Source: Haplodiscus bocki (taxonomy: Eukaryota). Taken from it: a DNA stretch of 64,000 nucleotides. The first letter of the stretch is position 1, and every line of letters starts with the position of its first letter. A program made the position numbers and the translations under genes. The stretch spans positions 67,332,001 through 67,396,000 of the forward strand of contig OZ296656.1 of assembly GCA_965655095.1 (NCBI GenBank), written 5' to 3'. The notes below the pieces were generated by a model. The model was not told the origin of the DNA. It searched no databases and saw only the letters and a list, made by a program, of their open reading frames with translations. Positions 42,701 to 55,870 of the stretch are shown here, piece after piece.

Positions 42701-44199
42701 ATAACGCGCTCTAAAAAGTATATTGGAACTTTTTGGTAGTTTTTGTCCACTCCGATTCCAAAAAAAAGAAGCTTCAGCAGGCCTCATTAGTTGCTAGTGT
42801 TACTTGTTCATGGTTCTTGATGCCTTTGATAGGCAGTATTTGGTTTGACTGCGGTTCTCACAAGCAAATCTAGTGTCATCAATTCCTATCTACAAATCTA
42901 TGTAAAAATTCATAAGCTCAAAAAAACTGTTGTGGCCCTCAGCTTTTTTCATTTTTCAAGAACAGTCAACAAAAAGTAAAAGGTTCATAAATTGGTTAGA
43001 AAATTTAAAAAATCATATATATGTCTATAAAAATCTCATCAAAATATGTATAAACATAAATATATACAAAAATTGTCGCTGGAATTCTTCGCGTACAAAG
43101 AACCTTGTTGAGGGCTACTTTTTCAAAATCTGAAAGTTTTCACAACATTGTTTTCGAGAACCCAAACGGAATCTTTCATTCCCAATTCTTCCTTTTGTTC
43201 TCAAAAAATTAAATGTGTTTTTGGGGAGTTTTTTCTCCTTCCTTTTTTGCTAGGATCGTTTTCCTGAGATACACAACAAGAATTTTCATCCTCATAGACC
43301 TTATAATCTATGCATGACTTCAGGATACTGAATTAGAATAGACGATGAATATTAAAATTATAAAATTTTAGGAAACTTCGGATATCTCCTCTAAAAAATG
43401 TTCATACATCTTTCTTCAACTCTCAATTCGCTCTTTTAATATGTGTTTTTGATGGTAACGAATAAATTTGAGTTTCCAGAGGCTAATTTTTGAAATATTT
43501 TGGTAATTTTTAAATTGTTTTTCACTCTAGTTTTGATTTTTAGGTGATAGATGAAAGACTCCAGGTTTTGTGACTTCTATCTCAGAATTCGGTACTGATT
43601 GTTGAACTAAGGATTCCAAAAACTGTGGTTGCAATCCAGATGTTGATTTTTGTTGTGTTTTTGGGTTGTGTTTTCTTGTTTTAATTTTAGTTTTTCTTCC
43701 TTTTGATCACGTTCAATCAACTGTTTTTGTTTTTCCATCATTTCGAGCGGGTACTAATTTTACTGTTAATTTTTATGTCTTTCAATTTAAATAGTTCTAT
43801 CCCAAGAAGACTTATCCAAGTCATGTTTTTTTTCGTTTATTAGGCAATATCTTCTCCAGGTCTAGAAATGGTAAAGACTGCTCTCCAAACTTAGCCAAAA
43901 CTGTCGTTTCATCCAAATTCCCTTCCAATTGGTAAAACACCTCTTCAGTAATCTATCCTTTGTTTCTGCGGCTGCTTTTATCTTTGTTTTCGATTTATTC
44001 TCATCTTTTTTGGAGGAAACAATTAATTCCTCGGAACTTAAAGATTTATATCATTGGCTTTAAACAAGTGAGATTCAATCAAATCAGCAATTGTTTTTCA
44101 ATTGATGTGTTGTAAAATGTTTTATACCAAGTATAAAAATATATCATTTCCATATCACTAACCCACCGTTTCGTTTCATAACTGCAAAGCACAACGGAT

Positions 44200-45120
44200 A
44201 ATTAGGTATTGTTCGGGGCAGCACACTTAATAGCAAGCAAATCGTTTTTCAGTTTTTTCGAAGCCACACTCTCCAGAAAACACCCAGTTGATACTTGTTC
44301 TCGGGAACAAACTGAACAAAGCTGGAGAAAACTAACCTATTTGTTGATTTTTGTATGAAAGTATCCCGATTCCTGCAATATCTCCTTCCATTCTTTTCAA
44401 TGGCCTTGGTTTCCTATTTCCTTCCCTGTATCGTGAAGGAACTGTCAATCAGGGACCAGAACACGAATTCCTCCATTCGTTTGCCATTTCACGGAGTCAA
44501 TCACGTCGAAATACTCATTTCGTTGATGGAGTTGGAAGCTTTTGAACATAATCGTTTGAGATTCCAGATACTCATCACTCTTACATTTGAATCTATTGAG
44601 TCTCTGTTGCTGTTCACATTTTACAAGGCTCTTCAGAAAAGCCTTGAAGAGTAGTTGGAAAAATTCGCAGTTTGGAAACTTTAGAATTGTGGCCTCGTTG
44701 TGTTCCGTTGACGCTGCATCAACTTCTTCACTCAACTTCTAAAAGTTCTCGGGGTTCTGCCTTGCTGACTTTATTTCAATTTTTTTAACGGAGTATTTGT
44801 TTGAAAGCAGCAACCAACCAAGTCACCTTTTCAAAGTTTCACCTTTTCAAAATCTTCTGCATTTTCTAATTTCAGCTACAACGCTTTGACTCAAAAGTTC
44901 GAATTGGGAACCTGTTTCCTATTGAGGTTTTTCAGGTGAAAACCATCTACACTCAACATCCAAGGCCCAATCTTTATGGTCAGATGACGAGCTGAAAGTT
45001 AGAGTTATCTCGATTTTTCTCAAGCACTTCTTCTCTCCTTTTTTCGTTCTCGAAATTTTGTTCTGTTAGACGGATTTTCCCTGCGATATTTCTTTCAAAT
45101 CGTTTCGAGCAGCTAAACTT
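44200..45120 (-). pseudogene. Possible hAT-superfamily transposase remnant
   Basis: ALDVECRWFS at ~44935-44968 (cf. LDV.TRWNS), RNEYFDVIDSV (ORF 44445-44735) and a weak dimerisation-domain-like VFS segment near 44280. Confidence 0.35.
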
Positions 45121-47544
45121 CAAGTTAAAAACCCGAATTCTCCGTTCATAGCTGCTATCGGCTAGTAAAATAGGTTTTGAAAATATTGATCGAAGCTTTT
45201 TTATTGGAAGTTCCGGAGATAATTGTTTTGGCAACACATACACACTCTGCGCGGTTGAATAATCTTTCTTAGAAAATAACCAGTGCGAATTCACTTGCAT
45301 CTACCTTTTGGAGTACCCATGATTTTAAAGTCAGTTAATTGGTTGCTTTGAGCGGCACCTCATAAGTGTATTGTATTTGACGATATTTTGTTCTTCATAA
45401 TTTTCTTGTATCTTGCACAAAATTTTGCACAAAAAACTGCACAAAAAATATCTGAATGCCGAATCTTAAAAAAGGTTAAAAAGCACCCTTTCACAATCGA
45501 GAGAAATTCTGGGCAAAACTTTTAGAAAAGAATGAGGTGTGGGCAGCGAAAGAAATGAGTCTCTACCTGTTTTTCCTGAAAATTTTCTTTCTAGTCAAAA
45601 ATCAAAACATGTAGATTGTCTCTACGTGCCTCGCGGTTCCCGTCGCGTAGGAGCAAAAATGTTGCAAACAGTTTCTATAAAAGACGCTACTGTCGCTCCA
45701 TTCTTAAATGGACATCGTGGATGTTGAAAAAGCTTCTGTGCTAAGAAACATCTTTTGTATAGTAAAGAGCGACATGTTATAACGCTTTGAATTGGAAAAC
45801 CAGAATTATTCCAAGGTGCATTCTCAAAAGTTTTGGGGAAATCTTGCGTTTAACCTACAATGCCTAGGATTTACAGCTCAGTATTTCTTGACGCAGAGTG
45901 TACTGTCAAAAAGAGACCTTGAAAATAACCTTGGAGCAACTGCGAATTCATTGGGAATTTTATAGGCGTGATGATAAATTTTCCACTGAAAAAAGTATTG
46001 TAATCTTACATCCAGCAAAAGGAACACAATGGATTATGCACATGAGTTTGCACACCACTACCTTCTTGACTCAAATGCATGTCCACCAATCCAATCAATT
46101 TTGCAGAGTATCGAATCTAAAACACCGTAAGTGTATGTAATTGGAACAGCCAATTCAAAATCGATAAAATTTGTTTGCTTGATCTTGTTCGTATTGTTTT
46201 TCATCTTTCTTCAGTAACAGGCTTCGACAGACTTGTTTTTTATTTTAATTATCAGATTTTGTGATGTTTCATAAAAAAAGAAAAAAATAACCTTTACCTC
46301 TTGTTTCGATAACTCCTCAGAACACTCATTCTCCGAGCACTGGAAGAACTGAAAATGCCATAGGAGAAACAAAAACTGAAAAACAGAGATCTCAAAAACT
46401 AAAAAGTAGAGGAGATTTTATGGAGAAAAAAATCTGCGAGTGCACTCAAGGAGAAATGGCAAAAAAAAATCACGAACTGATTACCTTTCCAATCCGACTT
46501 TTCCCAGTTTACTCCAACAAATTTTAAAAAAGTCAATAATAAAATTTACTGAAAGTTTGCAAGAAGCTGTAGAAAACACACTCTAAACATCAAGAAAATT
46601 TTCAATTCAAACGAACGAGCATTGAATCCCATAGCCACAGAGTAGTTTTTACAAAAACTAGGGGAAAGTTTGAAATTTAATTTTTCTCAAATGGCCTGTA
46701 AAGAACGTGAAGATACTTTAAAATTGCCCAAACTCATACAATATGAGAGAACCAGTTTAAAAATGCATAGGCTGTCCCCAATCAACCAACAGAAATTCAG
46801 TGACTTTAACTTTGTAGAATTAAGGAATCTTATTGTATAGAAAGTTATGATGATGTTTTAGAACTAATAAGAAATTCCCCTTTCACACCAATAGCAAGGG
46901 AGTTTAAACGTCAGTTCCAAAAAAAACAAATCTAAAACAAAACGATAAGAACAACAAGCTAGAATTGAAAAAATAAACTAGAGTTGGGCATCTAGGTGAA
47001 AGCTCTGAGCTTAGTGATATCAAAAACAAACTAAATTGGGTTTCGGAATTTTTTTTCAGTTTTATTAGAGCTGAAAAGAAATTCCTCGCGTTGCGTTTCA
47101 TCAGTTGCCCATTCAAAAATGTTCAATTCAGATTTGAACAAATTGTTGGGTTACACAAAAAACAGAGCATTCAGCTGGAACTCAAAGTACAGATGGCCCC
47201 CTTCACGTTATGCTTTCGGAGAAAGTGCAATTGATAACAGATTGTGTTGATGACGCAAGTGTTGAATCAGTTCGAGAGCCATTCTATTCTAATTGAATTT
47301 TATTCACCACCTGCTTTTAGAGTTGATTAGGAAACTGTTGGTATACTTAAAAGGAAGTTACACCACTAAGTTGATTACAATCAAGTTTTTTATGTGAAAG
47401 AAAGATCACAATCCATTTAGTGATCAAAGAGAAAGTCTTCCTTTTGTTCGTTATTTAAAATTTGCCAACTCAAAGTTTTCAAAAATCTAGGTCTTTAAAT
47501 GAAGAAAATTTCAATTACTGTATGTTGTAATATTTCCCAAGAAT

Positions 47545-47744
47545 NNNNNNNNNNNNNNNNNNNNNNNNNNNNNNNNNNNNNNNNNNNNNNNNNNNNNNNN
47601 NNNNNNNNNNNNNNNNNNNNNNNNNNNNNNNNNNNNNNNNNNNNNNNNNNNNNNNNNNNNNNNNNNNNNNNNNNNNNNNNNNNNNNNNNNNNNNNNNNNN
47701 NNNNNNNNNNNNNNNNNNNNNNNNNNNNNNNNNNNNNNNNNNNN
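47545..47744. other. Assembly gap (200 N)
   Basis: Run of n characters; round length typical of a scaffolding spacer. Confidence 0.99.
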
Positions 47745-48149
47745 TTCAAGTTTTGTTCGAAAACTTTTCCAAACTTGCCAGATGATGTGCTTCTGAAACC
47801 TTCCGTTGTGGTAGGAGATTGTTTACCATAAAAGTAAAAAACACTTTTTTTCCTTTCCAAAATTCTCTGCTTTTTTGGCAATTAAAAAAACCTCTTAGTT
47901 TTTTGAAATCGAAAAGATTTTCACCCATACCAAGTTTTATGTTTCTGAAGAAACTCCTAAGACATTTATTAAAAGTCAGAACCTTGTTCACGGAAACGAA
48001 AAACGCTTACTTTGTTAAAAACAGAACAAAAGAACATCTTAGATTGAACAACTTGAAAAATGGGCAGCTGTAAGTTTGGGTGATACAATGAGAGTATGTG
48101 CCGACAGTTTAGAAAAAAAAACAGGAAGTGAATGAGAAAGAGAAGAAGA

Positions 48150-48690
48150 AAGTATGTAGAATCGTTTTTGACTGTCGGTCCATCTTATTGCTATGAGACC
48201 CATCTTTTATCGAATGATTGAAAAAAGGAGAATATATTAATTCCCGAAACAAAAAATGAGCCAGATAACCAGAACAACACTTTCGTGATAAGATTGATGT
48301 TATTGATATCGAGAGCCCCGATTTAGTTTTTGAACAGCAGGAAGATATGAAAGGGAAAACAAAAAAGAAGATTTCAAGGATTGTGAATTTTTCTTCGACG
48401 TTATGCTAGAAAACAATCAAAAAACAATTTATCCCTTCTTTATAAGCGGCCTACAATGTCGTTCAGTTATTTAATATTCAGTCCAGTTATGTTTTGGACT
48501 TTTTGAACAATCTTTGAGGAGTTATACAGTTTTTAAAATTCGGTTTCAACAAACACCAGAGGTTGTTGAACACAAATAAAAAGATGTTGGACGTTTTGTG
48601 TTGTCTTACAATGAACTCGAAATAGTATGCAGAGAAACATCGAGAGAAAAATAAAAATGATTAAAAATAAGTTGTTCAGAGATTTATAGG
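48150..48690 (+). pseudogene. A32/FtsK-like packaging ATPase remnant (Polinton-like)
   Basis: Degenerate Walker A VGPSYCYET (cf. GPxxxGKT), Walker B region DFKDCEFFFDVMLENNQKTIYPFFISG (cf. hhFDD...FTRGRH), then FQQT.EVVEH and SYNELEIVCRE. Confidence 0.7.
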
Positions 48691-49069
48691 GAAACTGTTC
48701 TTCAGTTTATTATTTGTCTTGCTAAACGTTTATTGTGTTTTGGACTTGAGGTAGATCAATTTTACTATAAAACTTCTCACTAATCCTTAGAGCCTATTTT
48801 TTGGTTTACAATCTTATCCGGAGTGTTCGTGTTGGGGGTGTAAACTTTTGTTACCCGAGATATTTGGAGCAATTTCTGCTTCCAGAGATTTTTCTCTTCG
48901 AATTTTCTGGAGGAAAAATCTTTTTTCAAGCGTCAGATGATCAAATGATTAAACTAGGATCAAAACAATTCAACTAGTTAGATCTTTTCACCTATTGTGA
49001 GAAACTTTTCGCATCTCAGACCAAGAATCCATTTAAAAATGGACTCTTAGTCCTTTGGTTTCTTGGGTG

Positions 49070-49760
49070 GGACAATTTTGAGGAAAATTGATAACAGGCT
49101 ATAGATTTTTTTTTCATTTTGTTGGTAACTCGCGCTGTTAATGCTTGCGCTATTCCTCTTAAAGATGGGCAAGGAATCATTACAACATACATTTGAAGTG
49201 TTTGTTGAGAACTAAACGGAAACCAGATAAAATACGGTCGGACAGAAGCCAGATAATATTTGGTCAGTTTTTATGGTCGGTAAGATATTAAAAGTTGTTT
49301 TTGAAGACTAATGAAGGAAAAAAATTCAACTATAAACCACACACTCAGACTTGTAAGCAGATTCCGCCGAGCGCTTTAAACGAATTTTTCTGGTACTAAT
49401 CGAGGATGGGATCTAAATAAAATGAAAGCAAAAAAGTTGACTTTTGTCGAAAAATCCTTAGATAAACAAAACGACTGGTTCTATACTACAACAACAACAA
49501 TTCCCTATTGAATATCATACGAAAGAACTAAAAGTAAAAGTTTTCCGGAGCGCAGGAACAAAAATCTACTGTTCCCGGCTTTCGACGATATGTTTTTGCC
49601 AGATTTCAAGTCGTATGTTCTGTTAGAGTCTCTAACCGCAATATAGTTTATTTCCTTTCACGTAAAACAGATTGAGTAAGGGAACCTTTTAGGTTCAAAA
49701 CAACAATAGTCAACCAGTGATTTTTGTGTTCGAAGATGAAAATAAAGATGTGATAGGTGG
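49070..49760 (+). pseudogene. Polinton-type integrase remnant
   Basis: GYRFFF...ACAIPLKD...RTKRKPDKIRSDRS...SAERFKR matches the Y.wa.PLK, RKP..I.SD.G and AERFNRT motifs. Confidence 0.7.
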
Positions 49761-50499
49761 TTGAAAAACTATCAACAACGATTTCCGAAGTTCGTCTTCA
49801 ACTCTCACTTTGGATACAAAGCATTAGAAGGTATGATTTTTTCCATCCTTTGGAACAACTCACCATTGTTTTTAATGAAAATAAAATTTTTGTAAAAATT
49901 GGAAAAGAATTGTTGAACAGTCTTTGAAAAATGGCTGTTGAAAGTTTTTTCGGACAAAATTTTTTCTTTAAAAGGCTGCACTCTGAGATTTTTAATTTAA
50001 AACACAACCATCAAAACCATTCATTTTTTGGAACAAGGAAAGCAACTTCAAATATTCAGAGAATTGATTTTCAAAACCACGCGAAGACTCTCACACCTAC
50101 CAATTGCCGGTTTTTATTTTTTTTTTTTAGTTTATAGTCCTATGAAAAGATAAAAACCGTTTTTATTATGGTAAGGAAAACTCTTCAGTAAATTTGAGAC
50201 CCGTTTTTTCACTTTCGAAATTTAAACTAACACTTAGTTCGGTAGTCAACTAGAGTAGATTAACGTTCTACAGCTCTTCACGTACCAACAAGTTTTTACC
50301 TGCAAGTTTTTCAAGTACTTCTAACTTAGGGTGTGTCTTTCGTAGGCTTGAAAACAGGAGACTGGAAAGTTTTTGTTCGTTCAAAGTCAGCAATTTGATA
50401 TAATTTTGAATATCAAGAAAAATTCACTAATGGTTTATGTGAAGAAATATTTTAAAAATGTGAAAAGTATAAGGAACCTACCTTCAGAACAAAAAAATT

Positions 50500-51130
50500 G
50501 ACATCAAAGTTGCTGTAATAAAGTGGGATCTCTTTTGGTTCGTTTTACTCCTTCACTGAAAAATGCACAATCAGTTGCTGATCAGTTATTGAAACAGACA
50601 CCAACACAAATATTTTATCTACTAAGAACATTAGTTAGAATGGATGTGAGCTCAAGGAAGTGGACCATGGTGTTGAAAGAAAAAAGTGGTGCTTCAGTTC
50701 CATCGTGGATTGTAGTAGCAGTTATTGATCGCTTGAAAAATGTTTTTCAAGCGTTTGACCATTCAAAATCTGATTAAATACCCATAACACAAGCTGTTTC
50801 AAGGTTGGGCTCTGAAAATTTTCCCGAAGACTTCATCAACACTGAATACAAAAAAACGAATATAATGAAGCTTTTTATGAAATAAGGTTTTTAATTAGAA
50901 TTAAACAAGGCCAGCTTTTCGAGCTTTCGACAAACAAAAATCGAACTGTAACCAAATAAATTTTTTTTAGTATTTATTTAGAACACAGCAATGGAAGCAA
51001 TCTGCTGCACAACTTTCTGGATTAGAATTTATCGTTTCTGTTAACAATGATACTACATAAAATAAAGGTGATGCTCTGATTTTACTTACTCGTCTAGATA
51101 ATGTTTGTTATGGTGGTTACCGAGAGTTGG
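50500..51130 (+). pseudogene. Putative major capsid protein remnant (Polinton/adintovirus-like)
   Basis: ORF 50523-50777 VRFTPSLKNAQSVADQLLKQTPTQIFYLLRT...WTMVL...SVPSWIVVA, followed by LGSENFP. This resembles the second jelly-roll of Polinton-like MCPs (P.YTPS...W.....P.WI.V.F...IG.E.YP). Same strand as and downstream of the ATPase and integrase. Confidence 0.5.
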
Positions 51131-51403
51131 TCCTAGTTTGAGTTGCTCAAACATATGAAACTATTTTTCAACATAAGTTTACAGAAAAAACTTCTGGCTA
51201 GTTTTTCAATGCTCTATGAGTCTCTACAACGAAACATTTCGTTTTTGAGTTTTTTCAGGTTAGGTTAGAAAATAGAATTAAACATTAACTAGAAAATGGC
51301 ACTCGGAGAGCGCAGATCCCGCGCAAGCCCTTGGACCCTCCGATATCCTGGATCGTAACCTAGTTGTTGATATACAGTACATCCTATTTTGAGAAATTCT
51401 GCT

Positions 51404-51435
51404 AACAAACAAACAAACAAACAAACAAACAAACA
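51404..51435. repeat. (AAAC)n microsatellite
   Basis: Directly visible; a shorter copy lies at about 51746-51761. Confidence 0.95.
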
Positions 51436-51450
51436 GACGAACAAAAGTTT

Positions 51451-51524
51451 TGGCCACACAGAGGTTCGAACTCTCGACCCTCGCGTTTTTAGCACAATGC
51501 TCTTACCGACTGAGCTATAGGGCC
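51451..51524 (-). tRNA. tRNA-Ile(AAT)-like gene or pseudogene with anticodon AAA
   Basis: GGCCCTA TA GCTC AGTCGGTAA GAGC A TTGTG CTAAAAA CGCGA GGGTC GAGAG TTCGAAC CTCTG TGTGGCC A. It folds as a cloverleaf with intact A and B boxes and a TTTT run just downstream. The body resembles eukaryotic tRNA-Ile. There is one mismatch in the acceptor stem and one in the T stem. Confidence 0.85.
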
Positions 51525-54500
51525 GTACTAATCTGATTATTTTTTTCAGACTACTATTATAGTCCCTACTCGCCAAATTTGATCAAAATCCGATCAGAAG
51601 TTCATGAGAAACAGTTATCCGGATCTCAGATCTGGATTTCAATCCGGATCACGCCCAACTTTGAACTCGGTCTCCTTATGATCATTACCTCCCTACTCAC
51701 CAATTTTCATCGAAATCCGACCAGTAGTTTATGAGAAATCCTGCTAACAAACAAACAAACACGCGAAGGTGAATGCAATATACCGCTTTTTGCGGGATAA
51801 CAAACACACGAAGGTGATTGCAATGTCCCGCTTTTCGCGGGATAATAATTTTTTTTTGAAAAGGCCAAAAAAGTTTTGTAAATTTTTTGATATGAATCAG
51901 AATGAAATCTTTTGAAAATTATTCAAAGATTGTCTGTCTATATTTGTTTCATTTCCAGTGATTTTTGGTATTTGTTGTTGATATAGTTTTTGTTTGATTT
52001 TTAATCCAACCGACACTGTACACATGTTTTCACACGGGAATTCTTGAGAAAAATATCACAAAGCCATCTATCAAACTGAGTTCGACAATAGCAACTTCAT
52101 CTTGAGTTCGTAATAATGTAACTGTTCATGTTGATGGAATTTCTTGGGTAAACGTGCTTATTATCGAACGGGAATGAAGTCTGGTTCAAATGTTTTTGAA
52201 TGGTTAGTTGACGATTAATTGTGTGATCGAACGTCACACTAGAGATTAATTGTGTTCAGTTGAAATAGATTTTTTAAAATGTTGTAGAAGGAGTGCTTTT
52301 GATCTCCAGTTTATTTTGGTCTTTCAGAAAGACTTCCTTCCGTTGATTCATGGATTTCGGATTAAGACATAATTTATGTCATATAATCGTCCAGTAATAA
52401 AGTGAGGGTTGTTTCTCTTCTCTTATCAACTAACACCTTTTTGCTTTCATTTACAAATATTGGGTGTGTTGTATCTTGTTCACTCAAATAAAATCCACGT
52501 AGTAGTTTCATGTTTTGATTATTAAGAGAGTTTCAAAATGTGAAATCAGAACTATATTTGTTTATCAATTATCAACTACTGTTTGTTTAGTTGATTTTGG
52601 AAGTATTACAAGTGTAATAATGTTGGAATGGTGAAAAACCAATTTGTGAGTTTCTGTGCAGATTCGGCGTTTTAACCCTCTTCCCTTCTCCCGACCAAAG
52701 ATACCACAAAAATTGATTCGTTGCACCACGACTGTTTGCTTATGATTAGGTGGAAAGGCTGACTGAACCTTTTGGGTGACACAATCAAAATGTTGCAGTT
52801 TCTATTAGACAAAAATCTAGATGAGGGTTTAACAAAAAAACAGTTCTTTGTTTTTCTCACAGTCTGGGTGGAAATCTAACCATTCATAATTCAGTTGAAT
52901 TTTTTTGGAAGACTTAGGAATTGGAGGAATTTTTTTCGTGTTTTTATAAATGTGTATTTGTGATAAACTATGAAGTTTCAAATGAGTTCAGTCCAAGCGG
53001 CGTGTTTCCATTGCGGTTCTTTTTGTCAAGGTAGCGCAGAGTTGATAGAGTGAACAAGCAACATTTGATGTTACAAAACTAACCCAATTTTGAGAGAGAA
53101 AAGATGTCGATGCAGACCTCGATGCAAGAATTCAAGCCAATTTGGGGAACAAAACAGAATTTCTTTAGTGTAACAGTCATGAAGGAGTATGAAAGCATCA
53201 AATTGGAATTTGGTGCAAGAATTCAAAGCTGTAGTTTTCAAGAAGTTGTGTTGTAATTTCGGTATATGTCTGAACTTGAAGCTTTTTTGCCACTTCTGGC
53301 CATTCAGGGTGCCAATTCCGATATAATGACCCAATATCAAAAAGTTCAAGCACGATATTCTGTTTCAGATATAAAACCGTCAGGTGATACCTTGATGAAA
53401 GAAAATAAGATAGTTGGAGTTGAAGAAGTATTTGACTGAATGCGGAGGAGTGTCAAGAAAAAATCATTTTTGTCGTCCATCAACACTCCACAAGGGTGCA
53501 AATACATGACTTTCCTTATCGACGAGTCCAACTCAAAAAAGAAGCATTAGATTAGGACTTTGAAACTTTGAAGGAAGACATCAAGTTAGTAGTTTTTGGG
53601 AAACTCGGGCTAGAAGATGGAGAAGACACCCTATTGAGAAAATGTTTTTGACATTTTTGCAACACCGGAAGTCAATCGGAAGGAGCAGAAAAGATAGCTA
53701 TTCCCACTAGCATTCTTTTAAAGCGCAAACTTTTCCACTGCGACCGTGGGGGAAGAAATGAAGCCTGTAGTTCCAGAGGAAAAGACTTTGAACACCGAGG
53801 TTGATCAAAAGTAATGGCTCAAGGTGGAATTATCAGAATATCAGGATTCTGATCCGGGGAGAATTTCTGTCAAAGAACAATTTTCCATAACCTTCAAGTT
53901 TTTCTAAGAGACCAAGATTGAAGATAACAGGCCTTTATTACGGAGGAGAAAAAGTTTCATTATCGAAACGAAACATTAAAATTAGCAAAGTTTGGAATAT
54001 CGGACTATCTGTTTAAAATTGTGAGGAACTAAAGTGATAATTTTATTAGCGAAAAGTTTTTTACAATTAAAAGGCTTTTGATTGAGACCTTGATAGAAGG
54101 AATGAAACTTGGAGTTATGGGTGACAAAAAACGATGAGTTTGAAAATCGAGAAAAATTTTCATTAAGAGAGATTTTTCCGGAAATCTTGGACTCAAAAGA
54201 TTGTGATAGTGTGCACAAAATCAACAGTTTTATACTTCATTACCCTTTTACAAGTATTTTGTTTCAGACTAAGTTTTTGGAGGAATCCCAAATTGCACTG
54301 ATTGAGGAACACAAGATTGAAATTTGAGCTAAATGAACAAAAACAGCATATTTTGGATTTTTCGGATTGCCAAGTCTCTGATGCAGGGAACACAAAGCAA
54401 CAATTCTCCCAGCAAAAAACTGTCTAAAACGGAAAAATATTTGATGCTGACCCCGATGGAAGAGATAAAGTTTGTAGGTTGGCCGAAATATATGTTTAAA

Positions 54501-55619
54501 CAATGAGAAACGTTAAAAGTAAAAAGATTTCTCAGGAACTTTCAGATTATCAGCATTCTGATGCAAAGGAAAAAAATAAAGTTTTGGTTGGATACTCGTC
54601 TACAAGTGCTGTGTTTCCGATTGAAATCTTAAAAGAGAAAATCAAACTTGTTGTGGCTGAGAAATAAAAATTTGAAATAAGATCGATAAGAATATAAATA
54701 GCACTTTTTGAACAATTTGGACTGTTACGAATATGCTGCTCTGATCAAAACAAAATTTTTATTAAATGATTTGCATTTTGAAAAAAAAGTGTTTCCGATA
54801 GAGACGTTGGTTCGAAGAATCAAGCCTGTGGTTACTGAGAACTATGAGTTTGATTATCTTGACAAATCAAAAAAATTCAACATTTTCCGAATATTCTGAC
54901 GAACGGGAAGTTGAAGGAAGGATCAGAAAAATTGTTTCTTTTTTAAAAATCAAATTCTCCTCGCAAAGATCAGGTTTTCGTTTTCGACATTAATAGAGGA
55001 AGTCAACCAGATAGTTGTTGAGGAAGAACTATTTAAAGATCGACAGAAATCTTTATGAATAGCACTTCTTAAGGTATTTTGACCCTCAAGATTCTAATGC
55101 GAGGAAAAAAGTGGATACTTCTCCAATAAAATAGTTAACAACGAGTGGAAAACATCCCGTTGAGACCTACATTAGAGAAACAAACGTGTGATTTTGAAGA
55201 AAAGTTTGTTTCAAAATCAGGGAAATTCAATCCTCATCGGGCCTTCTGACATTATATCAATGTCGATGTCACAAACAAAGATGATGCAACAGACATAAAT
55301 TCGGAAAAAAACTCATGCCTTTTTCGGTTTCGGCTAGTGTTGTACAATGGAAAAGCTAAAACATAAAAATTGGAAAAGTTCATAAATTTGTTCAGTGTAA
55401 GAATTGAAATATAAGAGACTCTTAACTCAAAAACTTTTTTTTCAGTTTTTCTGGAAAATCGAAGTTTTCTTCTCAAATCGAAAGAAAATAATGAATTGGA
55501 ACAGTTTTTTCACTGACTTCGGAAGAGGTTTACTTTTTAGGAAGAAAAACCCACTTTTCTGAACACACAATTTTTTTGTCGGAAAAGGCGTAATTTTTTA
55601 TTGTTAGAGCGTGATAACG

Positions 55620-55870
55620 AGTGTCTAAAAGACGAAAAAAATTTGTTCGATAGCGGGAATTGAACTTGTCACCTGCGGGTTCCAGACCGCGGTGACTCCC
55701 CAGACATGTATTTTACAAGACACCAAGGGCTTCGCAGACTTGAATTCCGTGCGTAATGAACAATTTCAGGATAAGAAGAAAAACGCCGATCACTGAATTG
55801 AATATTTTCCTTTCGAAAAACAACTTCGACAGAAAAGAAGTAGTCAGATAGAAAAATTTCACAAATAATT
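55620..55870. repeat. Interspersed repeat, copy 1 (homologous to 58510-58765)
   Basis: Shared blocks agt.tctaaaa, atagcggga, cgcggtgac.ccc, tttcagga, actgaattg.atattttcctttcgaaaaa. Confidence 0.8.

Larger units (their letters stand above)
51287..51848 (-). mobile_element. Non-autonomous Helentron-like (HINE) element containing microsatellites and a tRNA-derived gene
   Basis: Sub-terminal inverted repeats atcccgcg (51316-51323) and cgcgggat (51836-51843). Terminal hairpin gcactc-gga-gagcgc (51299-51313) and CTAG (51289-51292). Internal (AAAC)n tracts and repeated aaatccga.cag.agtt.atgagaaa blocks. Confidence 0.75.

Noticed and set aside
47495-47881. ORFs containing X runs
   Set aside because: Artefacts of the 200-N gap.
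51451-51524. Functional tRNA-Phe
   Set aside because: The body is Ile-like, two stem mismatches are present, and it lies inside a repeat element.
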